Below are positions 48,492 to 57,757 of a stretch of DNA of 64,000 nucleotides, piece after piece. This stretch comes from a virus (Duplodnaviria; Caudoviricetes), in IMG/VR virus record IMGVR_UViG_3300031088_000782, positions 245,535 to 309,534 of that record; one strand, written 5' to 3'. The first letter of the stretch is position 1, and every line of letters starts with the position of its first letter. The position numbers were made by a program, and so were the translations under genes. The notes below the pieces were generated by a model. It was not told the DNA's origin, did not search any database, and saw nothing but the letters and a program-made list of their open reading frames with translations.

Positions 48492-49946
48492 TCAGCCGAT
48501 TGTACTGGTTCCGACTATAAGATTATGGTCTGATCCGTGTTTTGATGTGATTCTGCCTTTAGAATCAACTGAGATGACATTTTTGTAGTCACTCCATCCA
48601 CCTGTGTTTTTTGAGTAAAGATAGTCAATTCTTCCGTAACTGTCCACCATAGTGTTTTTGCCAAGAAGATTGTATGTGCCATATTTAGCGTTGCTTTCTT
48701 TTGTTGCACTCGCTGAATCATTCCATCCCCCTTTTATATAGACAGAGTTTGTATTTCCCAATGTATCGTTCGGTGTTGAGTTCATATCTCCACCTAAGAA
48801 AATTGGGTAATTGTTTTTGTTGATTTTTGCAAGTTGAGTGTTAATGTATTCTGCATCTTTGATTCTGTCTTTGACTGGCATATGAGGCGAAATATGAGTT
48901 GCAACAACATAGAACTGTTTTCCTGTTGATTTGCTTTTCAATAGAACCCACACAACGCTTCTACCTTCTTGAGTAATGCCGAATCTGCCATTGGTTACTT
49001 TCGTGTATTTGTCTTTCTTGAATGCGACACGATTCTTATCTCCATAGGTTCCATTGTCTTCAATTGCTGTGTTGAAACTGTATCCATAACTTTTCAAACT
49101 ATTGTAGAACCCTGTTTGTTGCCCTACTTTTTCACCATCTTTTGTGTTTGAGCCTTCCTGCATGAGATAAAGGTCAGGGTTGTATTTTTTAACGTCATTG
49201 AGCAATAGAGGCGCACGGTCTTTGAATTTGGGAGTTGGTTTATTATCAACAGAACATGTGACGCAGAGTAAATTCTGTGTTGCCAAAGTGATTTTCTCAC
49301 CTTTCCCGACTGCTATTGTGGAAGGCTTGATAAGCATTCTTTCATTTGAATAACGCATGTAATCAGCATTATAGGAGAACACTCTAACATATTTCGGCTG
49401 TCCGTCTTTGCTGTTCATTTTTAAGTCAAATGTTCTTTTTGTTGTGTAATAATTTTTGGCGTTGATGTTCATGCCTTTGTTGTCTGCTACCATTACACGG
49501 TATTTTTGTGCATAATCGCTTTTTGTCCAGTTGATTGTCACCCCGTTAAGCTTTTTCTTATAGGAGGTTGAAAATTTGGTAGGGAATCTTGGCTGTGTTT
49601 TGACTTTTGTTGAGGCAGACCATTTTGAGTAAGAGATTTTGCTTTTGTTCTTATACACTGCACGATACTTTGTGTAATATGTTGTGTTCTGTGTCAAAGG
49701 GCCGACATAACGAGAATTGTATTTGTCTTCTGTCTTTGACTTTTTGAAGTCCTTGTTTGTGGAATATTGAACCTGGTAATGGTTTGCTTTCGATACAGCT
49801 TTCCATTTTAGGTAGAAACTGACTGTGGTTGTTTTTGTAACAGTCGGTTTAGGCAATGTGCTTGCAGCTTGTGCGGAAACACTGTTTGACAACACTAACG
49901 CTGCTGAGCACACGATTGTTGCCAATGTAAGATAGAACTTTTTCAC
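48492..49946 (-). CDS. secreted FN3-repeat + endonuclease/exonuclease/phosphatase (EEP) protein
   Basis: GTG start after AGGAG; signal peptide to AQA; two FN3-like units (LKWKAV...YQVQYS; INWTKS...YRV); EEP motifs TQN, MQE, ATH, GGDMN, RIDYL, GSDH. Confidence 0.8.
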   Translation of the reverse strand: MKKFYLTLATIVCSAALVLSNSVSAQAASTLPKPTVTKTTTVSFYLKWKAVSKANHYQVQYSTNKDFKKSKTEDKYNSRYVGPLTQNTTYYTKYRAVYKNKSKISYSKWSASTKVKTQPRFPTKFSTSYKKKLNGVTINWTKSDYAQKYRVMVADNKGMNINAKNYYTTKRTFDLKMNSKDGQPKYVRVFSYNADYMRYSNERMLIKPSTIAVGKGEKITLATQNLLCVTCSVDNKPTPKFKDRAPLLLNDVKKYNPDLYLMQEGSNTKDGEKVGQQTGFYNSLKSYGYSFNTAIEDNGTYGDKNRVAFKKDKYTKVTNGRFGITQEGRSVVWVLLKSKSTGKQFYVVATHISPHMPVKDRIKDAEYINTQLAKINKNNYPIFLGGDMNSTPNDTLGNTNSVYIKGGWNDSASATKESNAKYGTYNLLGKNTMVDSYGRIDYLYSKNTGGWSDYKNVISVDSKGRITSKHGSDHNLIVGTSTIG

Positions 49947-50022
49947 TCTCTTTCTCCTTGTTGGTGAATGATTAAAATATCTTTTTAATACAGTCAAGGC
50001 ATATAATAAGCATATCTATCTA

Positions 50023-50050
50023 TTGACAAATCTTTATTCAATGTTATAAT
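50023..50050 (+). promoter_or_regulatory. sigma70/SigA-type promoter
   Basis: TTGACA-16-TATAAT with TGn. Confidence 0.65.
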
Positions 50051-50107
50051 TAAATAGTAGAATAATAATTATTAAACGTTTTAACAAGAAAGAAAGATAG
50101 GTTTGCC

Positions 50108-50401
50108 GTGAATAATCTTCCTATGAATCATGAATTGTGGCATCAGCGCGACCCGTCTGGTTATGTTCGGTTCATTTCAGCAATGAATTTTGACCTGACG
50201 AAGAAAGAAGTCAGGAAAGCACTGAAAAATACTTTCTTTTTCAAAAGCGCAAAAACCGGATCTTCTCTTGGGTATTGGGAAGAAGCTGATCTTCGTGATA
50301 AGATTTCTGAAAGTTTCGCCAATGGAACTTTTATCGAAACTTACCTGTTCAATAAGGAACAATATTTGAGTAAGAAAGCGATTCGCAAGTTTTTCAATTG
50401 A
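50108..50401 (+). CDS. hypothetical protein
   Basis: After promoter 50023. Confidence 0.55.
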   Translation: MNNLPMNHELWHQRDPSGYVRFISAMNFDLTKKEVRKALKNTFFFKSAKTGSSLGYWEEADLRDKISESFANGTFIETYLFNKEQYLSKKAIRKFFN

Positions 50402-50445
50402 ATTATTGAATTGATTATTGAAGCGTTGTTAAAAATATAAGAGGT

Positions 50446-50820
50446 TTGTGGATGAATTATTACAAAGATGAAGAGACTGTTGTTCCTATTGATGATTTTT
50501 TGAAGAAGAAAGTTTTGAGTAGGCTTGACAAGGACAGCGGAGATGTTATGGTTTCGGCTGAATATTGGGATCTTGGGTTTTGTGACACTTGTTCATGTCC
50601 TGAATCTGGCTTTGCTGTTTATGTGGATGAAAAACTTGTGTGGCCTAATGAAGAAAGCCTTCGCGCTATGGGTGGTTACATTTACGCTGACGATTCTGGT
50701 CGAGTCATTAGTGGAAAGCTTTCTACTTATGGTTATTTCTTTGAATGGCTTGATCGCAAAGACCTTGTAAAAATTATGGATGAAATTGATAATTTTTATT
50801 TAGATGAATATGATGAATGA
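50446..50820 (+). CDS. hypothetical protein with CxxC
   Basis: DLGFCDTC. Confidence 0.6.
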   Translation: MWMNYYKDEETVVPIDDFLKKKVLSRLDKDSGDVMVSAEYWDLGFCDTCSCPESGFAVYVDEKLVWPNEESLRAMGGYIYADDSGRVISGKLSTYGYFFEWLDRKDLVKIMDEIDNFYLDEYDE

Positions 50821-51139
50821 ATATGGGATGGAGATAATAATTATGACTACTGATTTTATGGATAAGGCGAAAGAGCGCGTTGATGTTAATCAAGCAACTG
50901 TGAATGGTGAGGTTGACAAGGCAAAAACTTTGGTATTGCGTAGTGCTTTTCTTGGTGGAATTCGTTATGGTCTTCAGGATGTGACGGATGAAGAGTTAGA
51001 GAATGTTGCGGAATCGTGGTTTAATCGAACAAATAATAATGGTGTTTTGTTTGAAGATCTTCCTTCTTTGGATAAAGAACAATGTAAGATTGATGTTATG
51101 GAAATTGTAAAAGATTTTATTTGTTTGCGCAAAGGTTAA
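50804..51139 (+). CDS. hypothetical protein
   Basis: GGAG RBS before MTTDF. Confidence 0.6.
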   Translation: MNMMNEYGMEIIIMTTDFMDKAKERVDVNQATVNGEVDKAKTLVLRSAFLGGIRYGLQDVTDEELENVAESWFNRTNNNGVLFEDLPSLDKEQCKIDVMEIVKDFICLRKG

Positions 51140-51148
51140 GAAAATATT

Positions 51149-51961
51149 ATGAAATTTTCACAAAGAGTTCCACGTCCTGTTTGGGATGAAAAATATCTTG
51201 AAGAAAAAGAACCTTTGATTCTTAAAAGTTTTAATTTTGAGTTGTTTGAAAATGGTTTCCCTTACTTTGGCGAATATGACAGTCTTGATGAGCTTTTTAA
51301 TGATAACTCATTTCATGTTAATAACAAAATTTTCTTTAAAGACCTTTCGGGAAAACCTCGTGAATTTATTTTTGAAGATAATTCTCAAAATCTAAATTGC
51401 GCTAAAATCAGCATTGATGGGATAGATTATGATGTCAAATTAGATATAGGATCAAATTTTCTCATTGAAAAAGCATATGGGATAAATTTTGTTGAAATGG
51501 CTAGAAGAACAAGTGTTTATTATGAAAATATTAGATATATTGTGGAAAAATTAACGGATATGTGGGATCTTTTAGAATATAAAGAAAATCTTGTTGAATC
51601 TGGTGGTGATGGGTATGAATATATTTTTGTTGATGAATTTAAGAAATTGTTTAATAATTTAGATTTGAAAATGTTTAAATTAAACGATTTTTTAAATGAA
51701 GAAATTATAGATAGTTACTTTGATAAAGAGGACAGTCATGTTTTAAATATTCTTCAACCTATTAATGGAGTAGATTGTTTTACTTTCAATAAATCAGATG
51801 TTTTAAAGAACGAAAATTCTGAAATACTTTTAATTGAAGAATTAGTAATACAAAACAGTTCTTTATATTATGAAGAAATAATAAATGAAATATATAAAAA
51901 TGCCTACATTGGATATATTATTGATAACTGTTATGAAAGGAAATTAGTGAATGGTTGTTAA
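51149..51961 (+). CDS. hypothetical protein, distant 'EDL.NISDG' family member
   Basis: YKENLVESGGDGYEYIF...YFDKEDSHV. Confidence 0.65.
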   Translation: MKFSQRVPRPVWDEKYLEEKEPLILKSFNFELFENGFPYFGEYDSLDELFNDNSFHVNNKIFFKDLSGKPREFIFEDNSQNLNCAKISIDGIDYDVKLDIGSNFLIEKAYGINFVEMARRTSVYYENIRYIVEKLTDMWDLLEYKENLVESGGDGYEYIFVDEFKKLFNNLDLKMFKLNDFLNEEIIDSYFDKEDSHVLNILQPINGVDCFTFNKSDVLKNENSEILLIEELVIQNSSLYYEEIINEIYKNAYIGYIIDNCYERKLVNGC

Positions 51962-52985
51962 AGATAAAAAGACTGCTTGGGATATCGTGCCTGAAATAAT
52001 TGAATCAGTTGAAGAAATTGATCATTATTCTGTTGATGGAAAACTATTTCTTGACTTACCAAAAGCTAAACGTCTTTCTAAAAAATTGAAGAAAGACGTT
52101 ATTGAGCATTATAATTCTGTCAAAATTTACGAAGTAGATTCGGAAACTTTTATCAATGAGGATGAAGCGTTAAAGAAGCAGAAGTCTTTGACAAAAAAGA
52201 ATCGTGATAAGTTGAGAGAAGCGGTTCGTGCTTTTGGTGTTTACAATATTTCAAAAGCAGAAAAGATTGATGAATTGTTTTGGCTGTTTAACAATTATTC
52301 TGTTGATGATGTTTTTGATACTAATTTCTTTTACATTTTCAATCGTGATGATGAAGATTATATGAGAGAATTTATGAGTCTTTGTATGTATGATTTACCA
52401 AAAGATACGCCGAATCCAATTAATCGTAAAGACTTGTCTGTTGAACATTTGTTTAATAATTACGATTTTCATAATTCGATAAATAAATACGAAACAAAAG
52501 TTTTTGCTTTTAATTTTATGAGTAGGTTTCCTGATTTAAATATTAGGCACGTTAATATGCGAAACGAATGGAGGTGGTTGAACAATTATGATGATTTAAT
52601 AGATTTCAGTGGAAGTCTTATTCCTGATCGTTTAGCTACGTCAAGTCCTGAAAGAAGGAAATATATCGAGGAACAATCGGCGTTAGATGACAAGTGCGTT
52701 AGAATAACTGATATGTTAGATTTTCGTGTTGCTGAACTGCTGTATTTGAAAGCTTATGAAACAGCTCATTTTGATTCTGATGGAAATGTTGAAGAAGTTT
52801 TACCTTTGGAAGATGTTGCTAAATTAATTAATGTTTCACCGATTGTTCAAGAATTAGAGGACATTATTGATTTTCTGCATGATAATGAGAACGGTGCTGA
52901 TTTTCATATTAAAGTCATCAATGGTGCGAATCATTATTGGCTGTATGGAGATAAAGCAATGATGGATCCTTTTAAGAAGTTTTAG
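51951..52985 (+). CDS. hypothetical protein
   Basis: 344 aa ORF overlapping upstream stop. Confidence 0.7.
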   Translation: MVVKDKKTAWDIVPEIIESVEEIDHYSVDGKLFLDLPKAKRLSKKLKKDVIEHYNSVKIYEVDSETFINEDEALKKQKSLTKKNRDKLREAVRAFGVYNISKAEKIDELFWLFNNYSVDDVFDTNFFYIFNRDDEDYMREFMSLCMYDLPKDTPNPINRKDLSVEHLFNNYDFHNSINKYETKVFAFNFMSRFPDLNIRHVNMRNEWRWLNNYDDLIDFSGSLIPDRLATSSPERRKYIEEQSALDDKCVRITDMLDFRVAELLYLKAYETAHFDSDGNVEEVLPLEDVAKLINVSPIVQELEDIIDFLHDNENGADFHIKVINGANHYWLYGDKAMMDPFKKF

Positions 52986-53089
52986 CAATTAAATTAATTT
53001 TAAAACATGCGATTAGGACAAATTAAAAAATTGATAAGATATAAATATAAAGCTAAATATTAATTGTTTCAATAATTGGAGAGTGAATT

Positions 53090-53326
53090 ATGTCAAGTTC
53101 GTTTTATGATTTTAGCGAATTAGAACAAATAGATGAAATTGTTGAATACTTGAAAAATATATTGAATGAGAAAAAATATAAAAAAGTAAGATCAAGTAAT
53201 TTTTTAAAGTCTTTTGCTATTGATTATAATATTACTTTTGAATATGCTCGTCAGTCATTATATCATTCTATATATGACAATAAAGTGAAATTGAACAGTG
53301 ATTATAGTTTGAGTTTAGTTGAATAA
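53090..53326 (+). CDS. small hypothetical, possibly wHTH-like
   Basis: GGAGAG RBS; 78 aa. Confidence 0.55.
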   Translation: MSSSFYDFSELEQIDEIVEYLKNILNEKKYKKVRSSNFLKSFAIDYNITFEYARQSLYHSIYDNKVKLNSDYSLSLVE

Positions 53327-53347
53327 TTGTTTAACTATTAAAATTGA

Positions 53348-53569
53348 ATGAGGAGTTCCATAATGTGGAGAGAAAATTTCTTATTAGGCAGTTCTCTTGT
53401 ATGTGCTATGTTTTTAAGTTTTCTTTTTGAATTCTTTGTGATGAATGAATTTATTTGGTTCCGTTCTTTTCTGTGGTTATTGATTTTGATTTCTGGGGTT
53501 TTTGGAATTCTTTTCACAACTATTAAATTAATTGATTTTAAAAATAAGATAGTGTTGACAAAGAAGTGA
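53348..53569 (+). CDS. small 2-TM protein
   Basis: Two hydrophobic helices. Confidence 0.5.
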   Translation: MRSSIMWRENFLLGSSLVCAMFLSFLFEFFVMNEFIWFRSFLWLLILISGVFGILFTTIKLIDFKNKIVLTKK

Positions 53570-53716
53570 AAGAATTATTTGTGGATCGCAGAGATAATCT
53601 TTCTGAATTATTAGCGAATTTGGAAAAAAGAAGAAAAAGAAGAGCTGCAAATGATTGAGGAAGAAAAAGTTAAAGAAGTTCATTTGCGAATGTTCAGCAA
53701 AATTCATTTTTACTGA
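53554..53716 (+). pseudogene. Remnant of C-terminus of 32846..33214
   Basis: VDKEVKELFVDRRDNLSE...ELQMIEEEKVKEVHLRMFSK; +1 A in A6 run near 53624-29. Confidence 0.75.
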
Positions 53717-54032
53717 ATTATTTATCGCCCATAGATAAATAAGGTTTCAATATTAAAATAATTACTTGACAAAATTTTTATCACAGTATGTCATAATATA
53801 TTTTAGATTGGATTAATATGAAAACCGAAAATAGAGATGTCGCTATTGTTATGAGCACAAACAAAATGAGTAAGCTCAAACAGTGGATTCTACTACATAA
53901 GAGTCTCCCCCAAGCCACCAACAAATGAATACCTTAATCCACAAGAATACACACATGTCTCTTGATGGGGCTTTTTTGAACCTTCTTGAAAAATTGCCTA
54001 CTGTTTGCGACTGTTGAAAATAAGTAATTTTT

Positions 54033-54078
54033 AAACTGGTCTGTCAATTGATTCAATAAGTTGTTGACAGACCAGTTT
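54033..54078. terminator. 15-bp IR whose arms contain TTGACA
   Basis: aaactggtctgtcaa/ttgacagaccagttt. Confidence 0.6.
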
Positions 54079-54092
54079 TTGTTTGCTATTAT
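54064..54092 (+). promoter_or_regulatory. sigma70/SigA-type promoter
   Basis: TTGACA-17-TATTAT with TGn. Confidence 0.65.
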
Positions 54093-54171
54093 ATAACTGT
54101 AAGAAAAAATGAATAAACAAAATTAATCGGGTTTTCTCTTACGCCGATTGAAAAACAAGGAGATTATTGAA

Positions 54172-54606
54172 ATGAAGAATACAGTTTTCATTAATGGTGC
54201 TAAAATTACTAAGATTACTAAAAAGCACGGTGTTGAGGGTGTTATTACTCTTGATTCTGTCAGCACTGACTTGGGAAGAATTCAAGAAATTGATGCTTAT
54301 AACCCTGAAATTGTAGAAAATCTTAAAGACATTGTTGAACAAGAGTTTAACTTTAAGCGTGATAGCATTACAATTGTTTCAGCAAGGGCTGGACAGTATG
54401 GCATCGGTGTTAATTACGATGTTAAAGGTATTGTTCAAAATGTTCCCCAAAGTGTCCTTGATGAAATTACTCAAAAGGAAAATGAGACAAAATTGAATCT
54501 GGTTGAGCAGAAGAAGATTGATTCTGAAATTCAAGAGATGAATGAAAAGATTAAGAAACTGCGCGAAGAAAGAGAGCAGTTGAATCCTGTTAGGTTGAGT
54601 TTTTAA
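54172..54606 (+). CDS. hypothetical protein with C-terminal coiled coil
   Basis: AAGGAG RBS; promoter 54064; IR after. Confidence 0.65.
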   Translation: MKNTVFINGAKITKITKKHGVEGVITLDSVSTDLGRIQEIDAYNPEIVENLKDIVEQEFNFKRDSITIVSARAGQYGIGVNYDVKGIVQNVPQSVLDEITQKENETKLNLVEQKKIDSEIQEMNEKIKKLREEREQLNPVRLSF

Positions 54607-54615
54607 AGAATAGTT

Positions 54616-54663
54616 AATAATACCATAAAAACCTTGATTATTTGAGGTTTTTATGGTATTATT
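54616..54663. terminator. 19-bp IR
   Basis: aataataccataaaaacct/aggtttttatggtattatt. Confidence 0.7.
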
Positions 54664-54699
54664 ATTTTTGATTAATAGTGTTGTTGAAGGGTTAATGAA

Positions 54700-55068
54700 A
54701 TGATTAAAAAAGTTGAAAGAAGTGAATTGAAGCACATTAAAGCGAATGAGGTATTTTCGATTTTTGCTCAATCTTTTTTCCTCAAATCATTTTTTCAGCA
54801 ATATGATTTAACAATTTATATAAATCTTGTTAAGGAAATCAATACTCTTAAAGACTATTCTGAAACATTAGAGAATAATGGTTTTGAGAAAGAGTTTATT
54901 AAAGAAAATTTTGATACTGAGGAAAATCTTATTCCTATTATTGATTATTTGATGGAAACTGTTGAACCAGATTTTAATGAATATGTTTATAATGGTTTCT
55001 TTCAATATGAGAATAGTGAAATTAAGGATTTTAGTAAAGATGATTTAGGCAAAAGAATTTATTTTTGA
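54700..55068 (+). CDS. hypothetical protein, may extend to 55225 via indels
   Basis: Coding-like sequence continues after TGA. Confidence 0.5.
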   Translation: MIKKVERSELKHIKANEVFSIFAQSFFLKSFFQQYDLTIYINLVKEINTLKDYSETLENNGFEKEFIKENFDTEENLIPIIDYLMETVEPDFNEYVYNGFFQYENSEIKDFSKDDLGKRIYF

Positions 55069-55261
55069 GAAAATTTTGATAAGACTTTTAATCTTTATCC
55101 TGTTCGTGAAGCTCATGATTATCTTAATAAGAATGTTATTGAAATGAGAAAGGGGATATTGTGAAGTCGGATTCAAAGATGTTTTTAGCTATCTTGAAAA
55201 GAATGTTGCGAAAGTAGAATATTAACGAAAGTCTGCTTGTAGAAGAAAGGGATAAACAACT

Positions 55262-56152
55262 GTGAATGATTTGATTAGTGAAGAATTGTTTAATTTTTAT
55301 AAAGACAAACCAACAACGAAAATTTTTGATTCTAATGAGGTTCATTCAGTTTTTGAATTTTCGTCAAACACTGACAGAATTTTGTATGGAAATGTTGGTA
55401 AAGATTACGATGCTGCTTATTTGGCGATCAATAAAAATTACGTCAATGAGAAAAACGAATCGGAAAGAGTTCTTTGTAAATTTTCCCCAAAAAATGAATT
55501 CACTAATACAGAATTGAGAAAAGATTTAGATTCAAGAATGAAAACAGAGATTCCTTTTCTCAGTTGTGTTGTTGATGAAACTGAATGTCGTGGTTTTTCT
55601 GAAATTATTATTAAAGATTTTCTATCTTCTTATGATAGCACTGTTTCTTTGTTGAATAATTCTTTTGTGGAAAATGAAAATGGCAATAAGATTAAAGAAA
55701 TCATTGCTGAATATGAAGACTTTTCTTCTTATCAAGAAGACCTTGTTAATATTAGTGATGGTTATGAGAGTATCTTTCAAGAAGATTTATCAAAAATTTC
55801 TCTAAAGCTTCCAATAGTATTTCATAAAATTGTTTTATCACTTGAAGGCGAGTTAGTGAAAAATTATTTCAGCTATGATGACAGCAAAGTTGAAGATTTG
55901 TCTGTTGTTGATGGCGTAAGATGTTATGTTTGGGAAGAGGGCCATTATTTATCCGGTTTTAGTTATAATTTAGGGCTTCTTCTTCGTCGCTCTATTATAA
56001 ATTTCTACAATATTGATGAAAAATACCTTCCTGAAAATTTGCGAAAAGAATTTGAAGGGCAAGAACTTTCAAAAAACTTAATTCGATTAACTCAAAATAT
56101 GAAAGATGATAATCAAGAACTCTTTAAGAAAGATTGGACTTTAACTAATTGA
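55262..56152 (+). CDS. hypothetical protein, 'EDL.NISDG' family
   Basis: YQEDLVNISDGYESIF...KVEDLSVVDGV. Confidence 0.7.
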   Translation: MNDLISEELFNFYKDKPTTKIFDSNEVHSVFEFSSNTDRILYGNVGKDYDAAYLAINKNYVNEKNESERVLCKFSPKNEFTNTELRKDLDSRMKTEIPFLSCVVDETECRGFSEIIIKDFLSSYDSTVSLLNNSFVENENGNKIKEIIAEYEDFSSYQEDLVNISDGYESIFQEDLSKISLKLPIVFHKIVLSLEGELVKNYFSYDDSKVEDLSVVDGVRCYVWEEGHYLSGFSYNLGLLLRRSIINFYNIDEKYLPENLRKEFEGQELSKNLIRLTQNMKDDNQELFKKDWTLTN

Positions 56153-56181
56153 TTGACAAAATATTGTTTTTAATATAGAAT
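56153..56181 (+). promoter_or_regulatory. sigma70/SigA-type promoter
   Basis: TTGACA-17-TAGAAT. Confidence 0.7.
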
Positions 56182-56226
56182 AGTAACTTGCGTGAACAAC
56201 TTTTTAATTCTATTTGAAAGGTAAAA

Positions 56227-56841
56227 ATGAATTTTATTAATAGAAAAGATTTTGATTCTATTGTTAGACATTATATTAATCCTGTAATTGGTCAAATTCG
56301 TCTTGATCCTGAAGATAAAAATTATTCTGATAAATTGAATCGTGCTTATGATAAGATTTTTGAAGATTTGAAAAATTCTGTTGAAAATGAGAATTTTAAC
56401 GATCATCCTGATTCTATTATTATTGATGATGTTTCTTATTCTGTTTTAGTGAATCGTAATGGAGAAAATGAAATTCAATCATTTGGTCTTTATGCTGAAG
56501 ATGGTGAAATTTTCTTTGAATATGATTGGTCTGGAGAAATAACAGCTGATAACATTGTTGAATTGATCAACGAGGATAAAGAAAGAAATTCAGTTAATTC
56601 TTCATTAATCAATGATAGTGATAGTGATGAATTAAACAATGAAAAATTAGTTGAACCATTTGATGATAATGAAAAAATTAAAGAGTTTGATTTTCATTAT
56701 CCTTATTATAATAATTATGATGATGAGTTCAAAATTCAAGCGATTGATGATATTAAAAAATTTTCTGATGAGTCTCAAGATTTTAAGATTATTATGATTT
56801 CTGAATGGTTTGAAGATTGGGAAGAATTTGGTGAATTTTAA
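56227..56841 (+). CDS. hypothetical acidic protein
   Basis: Promoter 56153, AAGG RBS. Confidence 0.65.
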   Translation: MNFINRKDFDSIVRHYINPVIGQIRLDPEDKNYSDKLNRAYDKIFEDLKNSVENENFNDHPDSIIIDDVSYSVLVNRNGENEIQSFGLYAEDGEIFFEYDWSGEITADNIVELINEDKERNSVNSSLINDSDSDELNNEKLVEPFDDNEKIKEFDFHYPYYNNYDDEFKIQAIDDIKKFSDESQDFKIIMISEWFEDWEEFGEF

Positions 56842-56870
56842 AAAATAAATAAACATTATGAAAATTTCAA

Positions 56871-57377
56871 GTGAAGAAAATTATTGAGAGAAAGCTTTTG
56901 AATATGATTGATAAAATTGAGAAACATTTATGGGATGCTCCTCATCCATATTACTGTGAAGAGGGTAACTTTTTCAAAAACGGGTTGCATAATATTTTTG
57001 AATCTTGGGAAGAGTTTGCTCAGCCTATTAGCGGACAATTTATGGAAAAAGGCAACACTCTTTATGACTTTGACAATGATTTAAATTTTCTTTACCGCTG
57101 GGATTGGGTTAAAGCTGATCCAGAAAACTACTTGTTCAACTTCAGCGATGAAATTTTGAAAGAATGCAACATCACCGAAGAGCAAGTTGCTGAATCTCGA
57201 AAAGAATTTGAAGAAGATTCCAAAATTGACAAATTGATGCTATTTTTCATGCTTCAGAGGAAAAGTTACAACATTTCAGCTGAAGTCAAAGTGACTGAAT
57301 CAGATGAACCTCTTGTTCGTGAATGGTTGAACAAGAAATGGGAGTATATGAAAGGCATGTGGGAACCACTGTCTTGA
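56871..57377 (+). CDS. conserved phage-type hypothetical protein
   Basis: HPYYC...LYRWDW...LQRK...WEPL. Confidence 0.7.
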   Translation: MKKIIERKLLNMIDKIEKHLWDAPHPYYCEEGNFFKNGLHNIFESWEEFAQPISGQFMEKGNTLYDFDNDLNFLYRWDWVKADPENYLFNFSDEILKECNITEEQVAESRKEFEEDSKIDKLMLFFMLQRKSYNISAEVKVTESDEPLVREWLNKKWEYMKGMWEPLS

Positions 57378-57387
57378 ACAGTTAATA

Positions 57388-57648
57388 ATGAGGAAGGATT
57401 CAACTATGACAAATGGCAATAATGCACCCGGATTGAGCAATGAGCAAGCACAAAAGATTCTTGATGAACTGCTTACTGAAACAATAGCAAAACATGAAAG
57501 TGGAACTTTTGATGCTAAGATTGGAAAGTCAATGAACACAAGCATGAGAGTAATTTTGCAGTGTGTTTCAGAACTTAAACAATTTATCTCAGAATTCACT
57601 AACAGTTTTGCAACAACAATTGGTAAACTTGCGAAACTATTTAGGTAA
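57388..57648 (+). CDS. hypothetical protein
   Basis: AAGGA RBS before MTNG. Confidence 0.55.
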   Translation: MRKDSTMTNGNNAPGLSNEQAQKILDELLTETIAKHESGTFDAKIGKSMNTSMRVILQCVSELKQFISEFTNSFATTIGKLAKLFR

Positions 57649-57757
57649 TTTTTCGTTTTATCAGATTTCACAAAAATTGTTGAGCGGTTGATTTTTCGAG
57701 AATATCATGCTACAATTGAAACAAGAGACGATAAAAACACTGAGAGAAAGTAGTCTG

